From the NCBI GenBank assembly GCA_009774765.1, contig VSOK01000003.1, positions 1,885 to 65,884 on the forward strand: 64,000 nt of DNA. The letters are read 5' to 3'. The notes under the pieces are model-generated. The model saw nothing but the letters and a program-made list of their open reading frames with translations, searched no databases and was not told the DNA's origin. How positions within the stretch are numbered: the first letter of the stretch is position 1; each line of letters starts with the position of its first letter. Source of the DNA: Bacteroidales bacterium. GTDB taxonomy: Bacteria; Bacteroidota; Bacteroidia; Bacteroidales; UBA932. The position numbers and the translations under genes were made by a program. Positions 17,420-25,983 of the stretch are shown piece by piece.

Positions 17420-18910
17420 ATGCTCAATATCGCTTATTGTTCGGACAAGTACCAGTACACAATGGGAAAGTCCTTTTATGACTGCGGAAAGAAAGACGAA
17501 GTCGCTATATTCAATATGTTTTACCGCAAGGCTCCCGAAAATAACAACTGGGCTGTAGTGAGCGGTACTGATGAAGTAATCGAGATGATCGAAAATCTCG
17601 GGAATATGGATTCTTCATTCTTCGAAAAATTCCTCCCGGGAGAAGAATATGCCGAGTTCAGAGGATATCTCTCTGCTATGAAATTCACAGGAAACGTCTA
17701 TGCTATGCGTGAAGGCGAAATAGCATTCCCGTCAGAGCCGATAATCATAGTCGAGGCACCTCTTATAGAGGCGCAGGTGCTTGAAACCCCGATGCTCTGC
17801 ATTATGAACCATCAGATGGCCGTCGCCACAAAGGCATCAAGAGTATGCCGCGCGACCGACAGGCCCGTAAGCGAATTCGGCTCCAGAAGGGCACACGGTC
17901 CGTGGGCTGCCACATACGGAGCCAAGGCGGCCATAATAGCAGGATGCAGCAACACATCCAACATCCTCACAGGAGTGATGTTCGACTACGGCTCCACAGG
18001 CACTATGGCACACAGCTATGTGACATCATTCGGATGCTCGGTAAACGGAGAATTCGAAGCATTCGACACATATATAAAAACGCATAAGGGTGAACCTCTG
18101 ATACTGCTTATAGACACATACGACACCCTGAAATGCGGTATACTCAACGCAATGAGGGCATATCGTGAAAACGGGATAGACGACTCATACAGCAATGTCT
18201 ACGGAATACGCCTGGACAGCGGAGACCTTGCCTATCTTTCCGCAGAGTGCAGAAAGACACTTGACGAAAACGGATTCACGGACTGCAAAATATTCGCGAC
18301 CAACTCACTGGACGAATATCTGATTACAGACCTTGAAAGACAGGGGGCAAAAATAGACTCATACGGAGTCGGCGACGCGATCGCGACAAGCAAGGCCAAT
18401 CCTTGCTTCGGCAACGTCTACAAGCTCGTACAGATAGGAGGCGAAGCCGTTCTGAAACGTTCCGAGGACAAAGTGAAGCTGATCAATCCAGGATTCCAGA
18501 TAACATACAGGATTACAAAGAACTACCCTGACAAAGGCGATGTATTCAAAGCTGACGTCACCTGCCTGAGGGGAGACGGATTATCAGTAAAGATAGAAAA
18601 CGGCGACACATTCACGATCTGCGACGAATATGACAGATACAAATACAAGACATTTGAAGCAGGCTCATATTCCGTACACCAGCTCCAGCACCAGGTGATG
18701 AAAGACGGTGTCAGGTGTGTGCCGCAGCACAGCCTGAGCGAAAAAAAGGCTTACTATGACGATACGCTCAAGCATTTCAGCCCGAGCGAAAGACGTCTTA
18801 TCAATCCTCATTATTACAAAGTGGACATCTCGGACGACCTCTACAATATGAAAATGTCCATAATCAACAGGCTTGTCTCCGACATCAACAATTTCAGTAA
18901 AGAAAAATAA
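17420..18910 (+). CDS. pncB: Nicotinate phosphoribosyltransferase
   Basis: DKYQYTM, EFGSRRAHG, GTMAHS, LIDTYDT, GIRLDSGDL, VYKLV. Confidence 0.92.
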   Translation: MLNIAYCSDKYQYTMGKSFYDCGKKDEVAIFNMFYRKAPENNNWAVVSGTDEVIEMIENLGNMDSSFFEKFLPGEEYAEFRGYLSAMKFTGNVYAMREGEIAFPSEPIIIVEAPLIEAQVLETPMLCIMNHQMAVATKASRVCRATDRPVSEFGSRRAHGPWAATYGAKAAIIAGCSNTSNILTGVMFDYGSTGTMAHSYVTSFGCSVNGEFEAFDTYIKTHKGEPLILLIDTYDTLKCGILNAMRAYRENGIDDSYSNVYGIRLDSGDLAYLSAECRKTLDENGFTDCKIFATNSLDEYLITDLERQGAKIDSYGVGDAIATSKANPCFGNVYKLVQIGGEAVLKRSEDKVKLINPGFQITYRITKNYPDKGDVFKADVTCLRGDGLSVKIENGDTFTICDEYDRYKYKTFEAGSYSVHQLQHQVMKDGVRCVPQHSLSEKKAYYDDTLKHFSPSERRLINPHYYKVDISDDLYNMKMSIINRLVSDINNFSKEK

Positions 18911-18911
18911 C

Positions 18912-19499
18912 ATGAACGACACCGCTCTTGTAGTCGTGGATATGCTCTACGATTTTATAGATGGCAACCTCGCCTGTCAGAATGCAGATGAGGCAGTCAG
19001 GGAAACACTGGGATTCATCGACAAAATGACCAGAGACCAGGGAACTGACGACTCTGAGATTTTGGGGACATATCCTATACTGTTCATCTGCGACCACCAC
19101 CCTGACGACCACTCTTCATTCAAGGAATTCGGAGGTATCTGGCCTGCCCATTGTGTACAGGGGACACGCGGAGGTTCAATACACAAGGAGCTGGCTCCAT
19201 ACGCCAACGAGGAACTGACATTCTACAAAGGTACGGAAGCCGGCAAGGAACAGTATTCTGGATTCGAGGGAATCAACAGTGCAGGCCAGTCGCTTGCTGA
19301 GATTCTTGAACTGCTTGACATAAAAGATGTATACGTATGCGGCATCGCTACGGAATATTGTGTCAGGAACACCTGCGAAGATCTTCTGAAAGCCGGATTC
19401 AAAGTGAATCTGCTAAAGGACGCGATCGCATACGTAGACAGGGCCGGACACGAAAAAGCATTGGATGAAATGCAGAAAGAAGGCATATCTCTCGTATAG
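18912..19499 (+). CDS. pncA: Nicotinamidase/pyrazinamidase (isochorismatase family)
   Basis: VVDMLYDF, DHHPDDH, WPAHCVQGT, YSGF, GIATEYCV; directly after pncB. Confidence 0.9.
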   Translation: MNDTALVVVDMLYDFIDGNLACQNADEAVRETLGFIDKMTRDQGTDDSEILGTYPILFICDHHPDDHSSFKEFGGIWPAHCVQGTRGGSIHKELAPYANEELTFYKGTEAGKEQYSGFEGINSAGQSLAEILELLDIKDVYVCGIATEYCVRNTCEDLLKAGFKVNLLKDAIAYVDRAGHEKALDEMQKEGISLV

Positions 19500-19613
19500 T
19501 TTCTTTTTGTAATATTGTTGATTTCACGGGAAATCATTAATTTAGCAGGCTGTATTATATCCACGGCAGGTTTTTCCGAAAGGAGACCGCTTACAGATTA
19601 TAAACATTCTGCT

Positions 19614-22600
19614 ATGAAAAGTTGCAATTTATCAATATTATCTGTAATAGCATTTCTGATTTTCCCCGTATTCGGACTTTATGCCCAGACACGTGACATC
19701 ACAGGTACTGTGGTCGACCCGGACGGAATGCCGGTAATAGGTGCGGGTGTATTCTGCAAAGGAAAGGAAAACATAGGGACCACAACGGATGAAGAAGGAA
19801 AATTTCTGATTGCAGTGCCCGACGGAGTCACCGCATTGAAGTTTTCTTCCCTCGGAATGGCAGGGACAGAATATATGATCCCGTCAAAACTTCCTCCGGG
19901 GGGGGCAACCATCCAGATGAAATACGAGGACAACATCCTTGAACAGGTTGTAGTCACCGGTTATTCACAGACAACAGTCAAAAGAATAACCGGTTCCGTG
20001 GGAATAATATCTTCCGACAAATTCGAGTCCAAGCCTCTGTCTTCCGTCAGCGCGCTTATGCAGGGAGAAGTGGCTGGAGTGCAGGTGAGCGCAATTTCAG
20101 GACAGCCGGGCACGCAATCAAAAATAAAGATCAGGGGAACCAACAACCTTTCAGGCAGCAGCGACCCTCTCTGGGTTATAGATGGCGTACCTCTACAGAA
20201 CGACACCCCTTCCCTGTCATCCGAAGAACTGGCGACAGGAGGATTCGACAACATCTTCGTGACCGGAATAGGAAACATAAACCCAAACGACATTGAAAGC
20301 ATAACCATCCTCAAAGACGCTGCAGCGGCTGCGATCTACGGTTCAAGGGCGGCCAACGGAGTGATTGTAGTGACAACCAAAAGAGGACAGGCCGGAAGGA
20401 TGCGGATCAACTATTCCAACAATTTCACCTGGTCATTCAAGCCGCAGAAAAGCCTTGACCTGATGAACTCTGAAGAAAAGCTCGCGTGGGAGCAGGAGCT
20501 GTGGGATGAATTCTCTGCCGCAAAATACGAAAGGTCAAAGACTGACGGCACGGTCATATTCCCTGTTGTCGGAATTGTAGGGCAGATACGTGCAGGTGTC
20601 GGTGACTTCGAATCAATGAGAGGAGATACCGCCGCACAGGACGCCTATATAGAAAGTCTGAAAGACATCAATACAGACTGGTACGGACTGCTTTTCCGGA
20701 ACGCATTCTCGCACAACCACCATCTCAGCCTGAGCGGAGGCTCCAACAAATACACATACTATGTGTCACTGGGATTCAACGATGACAACGGTATGCTCAT
20801 AAACAACCGCTACCGGAGATACAACCTCAACGCAAATGTCACGATGACTCCGGTCGAAAGGGTAAAGATCGATATAGGAGTGGACGCAGCCCGACAGAGT
20901 TCACTTTATCCGGACAGCAGCGTCAATCCGTTCACTTACGCCTATTTCGCGAACCCTTATGAATCCGCATACGGAAGCAGCGGAGACTACGCAGCCGACA
21001 GGACATACTTTTCCCTCGGATATTACAACGGACGCGGCATAGAGCAGGTAATGCCTCTCAACGGATTCAGCATCATGAGAGAGCTGGACAGCAACAGCAC
21101 GGAAACCGTAAACTGGACAAATACAGTACGGGGTACAATCGATGTCAAGATACTCAATCCGCTAAAATTCGTAGGACTCGCATCATATACTTTTTCCAAC
21201 AACGCGACAGACAAGATAGTCGACAAGAACACCTACACCGCATTCAGGGACAGGCTCGGAAGCGACGACCGCTCGCAGACCAACCTCTACGGTTCAATAT
21301 CGCAGAACCGTACCAACAGGGACAGCTATGTGATAAGGGGGCATTTCGCATACAACGATACCTTCAATGGCAAGCACACCCTTTCAGTCCTTGCCGGAGC
21401 CGAAATCAGAGGTGCAGACTCAAATACGATCTTCACCAAAAGATACAATTACGACCCTGTCACAGGAACGACCTCGCTCCCGGAGATAAGCGGTCCTGCG
21501 GATGAATGGACAAGGCAGGTGGAAAGGCTCAACGGAGAATATTTCACAAAGACACGCTATGCGTCATTCTATGCCTCGGCCGACTATTATCTCGGCAAGA
21601 CAATAGTGCTCAACGCATCATTCCGCACAGACGGAAGTTCAAATTTCGGAAGCAACAGGCAGTTCAACCCGACCTGGAGCGCGGGCGCGGCCTGGCATAT
21701 AGCTGAGGAAAATTGGATGAAAAGGCAGGATACCGTCTCCCATATGACACTCAGATTTGCATACGGATATACAGGAGACGTCAACACAAGTACCACACAC
21801 CAGCTCGTAATGCAGTATGTCCAGCAGTCATACAGATATTTCAATGAAGTATCATATCCTCTCGGCACAATACCGTCCGCACCGAATCCGAATCTCGGAT
21901 GGGAAAAAACTCAGGACATGAAAGCCGGATTCGATTTCGGCCTCTTCAAAGACAGGCTTACAGTCAACACCGAAGCATATTACAGGCTCAGTACGGACGT
22001 GGTCACATCATCCCAGGTCATGAGCACCACCGGATTCAGGACGGTCAATTTCAACTCCGCGGACATAATGAACAGCGGTATAGAAACGACAATAGGAGGA
22101 ACGATGGTCAGCACCAGGGATTTCAGACTGAGCGCATCAGTCAATTTCGCTTACAACTACAACAAAGTCCTGAAATACAAGCCGGCTACATATCTCGGGA
22201 TAACCGCAAAAGACAGATATGTGGAAGGATATCCTGTCGGAGCAATACTTTCCGGAAAATATGAAGGCATCAACAGGGAGTCCGGGCTATACAGCTTCAA
22301 GCTCAGGCCTGATGCCGACATACGCACGGCTACCGACCTGAACAAGGCGGACAATTACCGCTACTATCTCGGAACAACAATTGCTCCGTACAGCGGAGGA
22401 TTCAATATCACCGCATCATATAAAATACTCAAGCTCAGCATCAGCGGAGTCTATTCCTTCGGAGCGAAGGCATACGACACTATCGAGTCACCGGCGTCAT
22501 ACGCCAACGGAAAGCACGAGGGGATATCCACGGAGACTGTACAGTCCCAATACAGCGACCTCTACTCCAACCATCTGAACGTCAACAAAGACAGGACCGA

Positions 22601-22940
22601 CAGGTGGACAGAAAACAGGACCTCAGGAACAAAATACCCGAGGATATACGACTATTTCGGTACACGCTACAACTTCGACAGCTACAATCCTATGGACTGG
22701 AGCATCGTCAACTCGATATATCTCAAAGACATATCATACCTGAGAATAAAATCGATAATACTCACCTGCAGCCTTCCTGAAAAATGGACGGCAAAGGCCA
22801 GGCTGTCAAACGTAAGCTTCAATATGTCGCTCAACAACTTCATCACCATAACAGGGTATGACGGAATGGACCCTGAGGTACCTGGAGCTACATATCCGAC
22901 AACACGTTCCGTATCCTTCGGCATGAACATAGGCTTCTGA
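19614..22940 (+). CDS. susC: SusC/RagA-family TonB-dependent transporter
   Basis: Signal peptide, VVVTGY, PLWVIDG, DIESITILKDAAAAAIYGSRAANGVIVVTTKRG, PNLGWEKT, C-terminal F. Confidence 0.95.
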   Translation: MKSCNLSILSVIAFLIFPVFGLYAQTRDITGTVVDPDGMPVIGAGVFCKGKENIGTTTDEEGKFLIAVPDGVTALKFSSLGMAGTEYMIPSKLPPGGATIQMKYEDNILEQVVVTGYSQTTVKRITGSVGIISSDKFESKPLSSVSALMQGEVAGVQVSAISGQPGTQSKIKIRGTNNLSGSSDPLWVIDGVPLQNDTPSLSSEELATGGFDNIFVTGIGNINPNDIESITILKDAAAAAIYGSRAANGVIVVTTKRGQAGRMRINYSNNFTWSFKPQKSLDLMNSEEKLAWEQELWDEFSAAKYERSKTDGTVIFPVVGIVGQIRAGVGDFESMRGDTAAQDAYIESLKDINTDWYGLLFRNAFSHNHHLSLSGGSNKYTYYVSLGFNDDNGMLINNRYRRYNLNANVTMTPVERVKIDIGVDAARQSSLYPDSSVNPFTYAYFANPYESAYGSSGDYAADRTYFSLGYYNGRGIEQVMPLNGFSIMRELDSNSTETVNWTNTVRGTIDVKILNPLKFVGLASYTFSNNATDKIVDKNTYTAFRDRLGSDDRSQTNLYGSISQNRTNRDSYVIRGHFAYNDTFNGKHTLSVLAGAEIRGADSNTIFTKRYNYDPVTGTTSLPEISGPADEWTRQVERLNGEYFTKTRYASFYASADYYLGKTIVLNASFRTDGSSNFGSNRQFNPTWSAGAAWHIAEENWMKRQDTVSHMTLRFAYGYTGDVNTSTTHQLVMQYVQQSYRYFNEVSYPLGTIPSAPNPNLGWEKTQDMKAGFDFGLFKDRLTVNTEAYYRLSTDVVTSSQVMSTTGFRTVNFNSADIMNSGIETTIGGTMVSTRDFRLSASVNFAYNYNKVLKYKPATYLGITAKDRYVEGYPVGAILSGKYEGINRESGLYSFKLRPDADIRTATDLNKADNYRYYLGTTIAPYSGGFNITASYKILKLSISGVYSFGAKAYDTIESPASYANGKHEGISTETVQSQYSDLYSNHLNVNKDRTDRWTENRTSGTKYPRIYDYFGTRYNFDSYNPMDWSIVNSIYLKDISYLRIKSIILTCSLPEKWTAKARLSNVSFNMSLNNFITITGYDGMDPEVPGATYPTTRSVSFGMNIGF

Positions 22941-22949
22941 CAAAAACAA

Positions 22950-24338
22950 ATGGAAATGAAATATCACAAATACATATTGATATCGGCCGCCGTTCTTGCA
23001 TTGGCGTCATGCAGGAACTATCTCAACGTGCAGCCGCAGGGAAAGGTAATCCCGACGACAGACGAAGAATTTGCAGCCATAATCGACAACCACATCAATG
23101 AGATTGAAGGCGGAGGGGACGAATACGTGATAGGCAATATGGAAGCCATAGCAAAATTCGAAGGCTTTGCCGACAACCTCGACGCGAATATAATCGTAGG
23201 CAACCTTGCCGCATACAGCGGAGACTATATCAACAGGAGACAGAGCGACTGGAGATCCACTTTCACAATAGTCCGTGACTGCAACATAGTAATAGAGAAC
23301 CTTGAAGACAGGACGACACCTACGGCAAAAGGTACTCTCGCCGCCGCATACGCGATAAAGGGTATATGCTATTACAATCTGCTCAGAAACTGGTGCGAGC
23401 CCTGGGACGCAGGCAATGAGAAAGAGCAGCTCGGACTGCCTGTAATAGAGCGTTTCGACATAGAAGAGATGCCTGTCCGTGAATCCCTGCACAGGTCGGC
23501 GGAGTACACGGAAGAACTTCTGCAGAAGGCACTTGACTGCAAGAACACCGATGAAAGATATTTCTTCACAGAATACATCATCAAGGCATATATGGCGAAG
23601 CTGTATTTCTGGTGCGAAGACTGGGACAGGACTATTGAATTATGCAATGACATCATATCGCACAGCGGGATCAGTCTGACTCCGATTGCAGAATATGAAG
23701 ATATGATCCAGGCACCCACCGCGAAAAAGGGAGAAGTCATCGTCAGGTCACATATCAACAACGCAAGCGAACTGGACTGGTATTTTTCGTATGTAAAGAC
23801 ATACATCGCAAGCCGTCCTGCATCAGCATCGCTGATAAGGCTTTTCGGTGACCAGCCTCAGAAGGACGTCCGGTACAGGATATCATTCGACAGCAAAAGG
23901 TTCAACACCAAAGTACCTGAATGCCGTGTAAGGATGTCGGAAATAGTCCTTATGCTTGCCGAGGCATATTGCCACAATTCCGATATGGCCAGCTCACTGT
24001 ACTGGCTGAACGAATTGAGGCGCAACAGGATAGAAGACGCAAAGGACTATACGGCAGAAAATCTTCCGCAGGTGAGGACAGACAGCAGGATAACAGAGGA
24101 CGCACTCGGACAGCCGCTGACTCCGCTTCTCCAGGCAATACTTGACGAAAGGCAGAAAGAGCTTTATATGGAAGGAGACAGGTGGTTCGAATTGAAGAGA
24201 AACGGAAGACCGGAATGGTGGATCATCAACAACGGCCTGAAATATACCACACGAAAATATATGTACACCGCACCGGCGTATAAAGGGGATGTAGACCTCA
24301 ATCCTGATTTCAGGCAGAATCCAGGATATGAATATTGA
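22950..24338 (+). CDS. susD: SusD/RagB-family lipoprotein
   Basis: LASC lipobox, RMSEIVLMLAEA, LNELRRNR, ERQKELYMEGDRWFELKR, QNPGY. Confidence 0.93.
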   Translation: MEMKYHKYILISAAVLALASCRNYLNVQPQGKVIPTTDEEFAAIIDNHINEIEGGGDEYVIGNMEAIAKFEGFADNLDANIIVGNLAAYSGDYINRRQSDWRSTFTIVRDCNIVIENLEDRTTPTAKGTLAAAYAIKGICYYNLLRNWCEPWDAGNEKEQLGLPVIERFDIEEMPVRESLHRSAEYTEELLQKALDCKNTDERYFFTEYIIKAYMAKLYFWCEDWDRTIELCNDIISHSGISLTPIAEYEDMIQAPTAKKGEVIVRSHINNASELDWYFSYVKTYIASRPASASLIRLFGDQPQKDVRYRISFDSKRFNTKVPECRVRMSEIVLMLAEAYCHNSDMASSLYWLNELRRNRIEDAKDYTAENLPQVRTDSRITEDALGQPLTPLLQAILDERQKELYMEGDRWFELKRNGRPEWWIINNGLKYTTRKYMYTAPAYKGDVDLNPDFRQNPGYEY

Positions 24339-24366
24339 ATCCCTCCGAACGCTAAAAACGAATGAT

Positions 24367-24567
24367 ATGAAAAAGACGATCATACTATTGCTTGCCGCCG
24401 CATCCTTCGCTTCCGGATGCTCATACGATGAACTTCCTCCAAAGACAGACGACGCAACCACGGACTATATTCTCCCGCGTGGAGTACAGCCTACACAGGA
24501 AGAGACAGATTCCGTCAAAGCGGCAAGAGCAGAATATCAGGAAGCGATAAAACAGCCTGGACTTTGA
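24367..24567 (+). CDS. Small lipoprotein (66 aa)
   Basis: MKKTIILLLAAASFASG-C lipobox; in the run after susD. Confidence 0.75.
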   Translation: MKKTIILLLAAASFASGCSYDELPPKTDDATTDYILPRGVQPTQEETDSVKAARAEYQEAIKQPGL

Positions 24568-24593
24568 AGCACAATTTTTTAACAATACGTATT

Positions 24594-25859
24594 ATGAAAC
24601 GATTTCTAACAATTATGGCGTCCGCATTGATGATAATCTCTGCGATGTCCTGCCAGCAGATCGAGACTCCTTCAATCGAATTTGCAAGGTCTCTCTATTC
24701 CGTACGCAATGAGGCAAGCACCGATATCACATTGGTCCTCAGCAAAGAAAGCCCATCAGACATCACTGTCCCCCTCTCATTTGCAAGTAAAGCCGAGCTC
24801 GGCACGGAATATACCGTGTCATCAGAAAACATCATAATAAAAGCCGGCGAAACAAGCGGAGCCATCACCCTCACCAACAACAGTCTCGGATCGGACGACG
24901 AGATCAGGATCTCCATCAAGGAAGTCCCTGCAGGATACACACCTGGCTCACGGTCCACTACGATAGTTTCGCCAAGTTCACAACAGGCACTAATCTACTC
25001 ATTCCAGTGTGAGAGCGCCGATGTTCTCGACAAATACATCGCAACCATCGAGCTGAAAGGTACTGTAACGGAGAACTTTACAGCCGCTGAAAGACTCTCC
25101 ATTCCTGCCACGCTGTCAGGAGAAGGGGCATCGCTCGTAAGCTGCAGCGACGGAGGCAATTTCATTGTCGAAGCCGGAGAATCCAAAGGAACCATGACCC
25201 TTACCCTCAAAGACGCCAACTATACAGGAGCCGCAAAGCTGAACATAAACATAACTGAAGACGGAGCCTATATCGGAGGCAACACCGAAACAATGGAAAT
25301 TACGGTAAAGGGAGTGCTTTCCCCTGCTGTCATAGCCGGAACCTGGGAATTCGAAGAAACGATAAACCTTGAAGAACTGGAAATGTGGTTTGAAGAATAT
25401 GAAGATGACGCTTCCCTCCTTCCTGTACACAACGACGGATTCAGACTCACATTCAGCAGAAACAACGGAGCATATACCGTAACACCTTCAGGCGAAGGCG
25501 ACTGGAACAATTATTTCAGAAGCTCGGCCATCAGCTGGACAAAACCGGTGAACACTCCTTCCGGTGCCGTCATCCTCGGAAACTATACTGCCGATGAGAG
25601 CAATATGTTTATCGCCGAGGTTGACACACCGCGCCAGCAGATGACATATTTCAGACTTGACAAGGTCAACAGGGCATTCAGTGCCGATACCGAGACTGCA
25701 GGAGCCGGAGCGATTGCGATGAGGCTCAGGAACGACGGAAGACTTGAAATCCATATCAGGGATTACAGCACTCCTCCGTTCGGAGAGATGTGGTGGGACG
25801 ATGAGAAATTTGATGCAGACATGTTCTCATTCGCCTCTACTTTCAAGAAAGTGAACTAA
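24594..25859 (+). CDS. Surface lipoprotein with two Calx-beta/Ig-like repeats (possibly DUF4929-like)
   Basis: AMS-C lipobox; repeated IxxAGExxGxxTLT (IKAGETSGAITLT, VEAGESKGTMTLT). The DUF assignment is tentative. Confidence 0.7.
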   Translation: MKRFLTIMASALMIISAMSCQQIETPSIEFARSLYSVRNEASTDITLVLSKESPSDITVPLSFASKAELGTEYTVSSENIIIKAGETSGAITLTNNSLGSDDEIRISIKEVPAGYTPGSRSTTIVSPSSQQALIYSFQCESADVLDKYIATIELKGTVTENFTAAERLSIPATLSGEGASLVSCSDGGNFIVEAGESKGTMTLTLKDANYTGAAKLNINITEDGAYIGGNTETMEITVKGVLSPAVIAGTWEFEETINLEELEMWFEEYEDDASLLPVHNDGFRLTFSRNNGAYTVTPSGEGDWNNYFRSSAISWTKPVNTPSGAVILGNYTADESNMFIAEVDTPRQQMTYFRLDKVNRAFSADTETAGAGAIAMRLRNDGRLEIHIRDYSTPPFGEMWWDDEKFDADMFSFASTFKKVN

Positions 25860-25906
25860 ACGTCACAATGCCGCATTACGGTCAGACGGAAGCTGACAAC
25901 GATAAG

Positions 25907-25944
25907 ACGCGGATGGTCCGGAAGTGATTTTGGACCATCCGCGT
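25907..25944 (+). terminator. Hairpin, probable terminator of the susCD operon
   Basis: ACGCGGATGGTCC / GGACCATCCGCGT inverted repeat; weak U-tract. Confidence 0.65.
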
Positions 25945-25983
25945 TGTATGTTTCAGCGATTTTACCTACATTTGTAGGTTTTT

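Noticed and set aside
17300..17420. NrtR operator or riboswitch upstream of pncB
   Set aside because: No convincing GT-N7-AC palindrome or aptamer; only two divergent -7 boxes.
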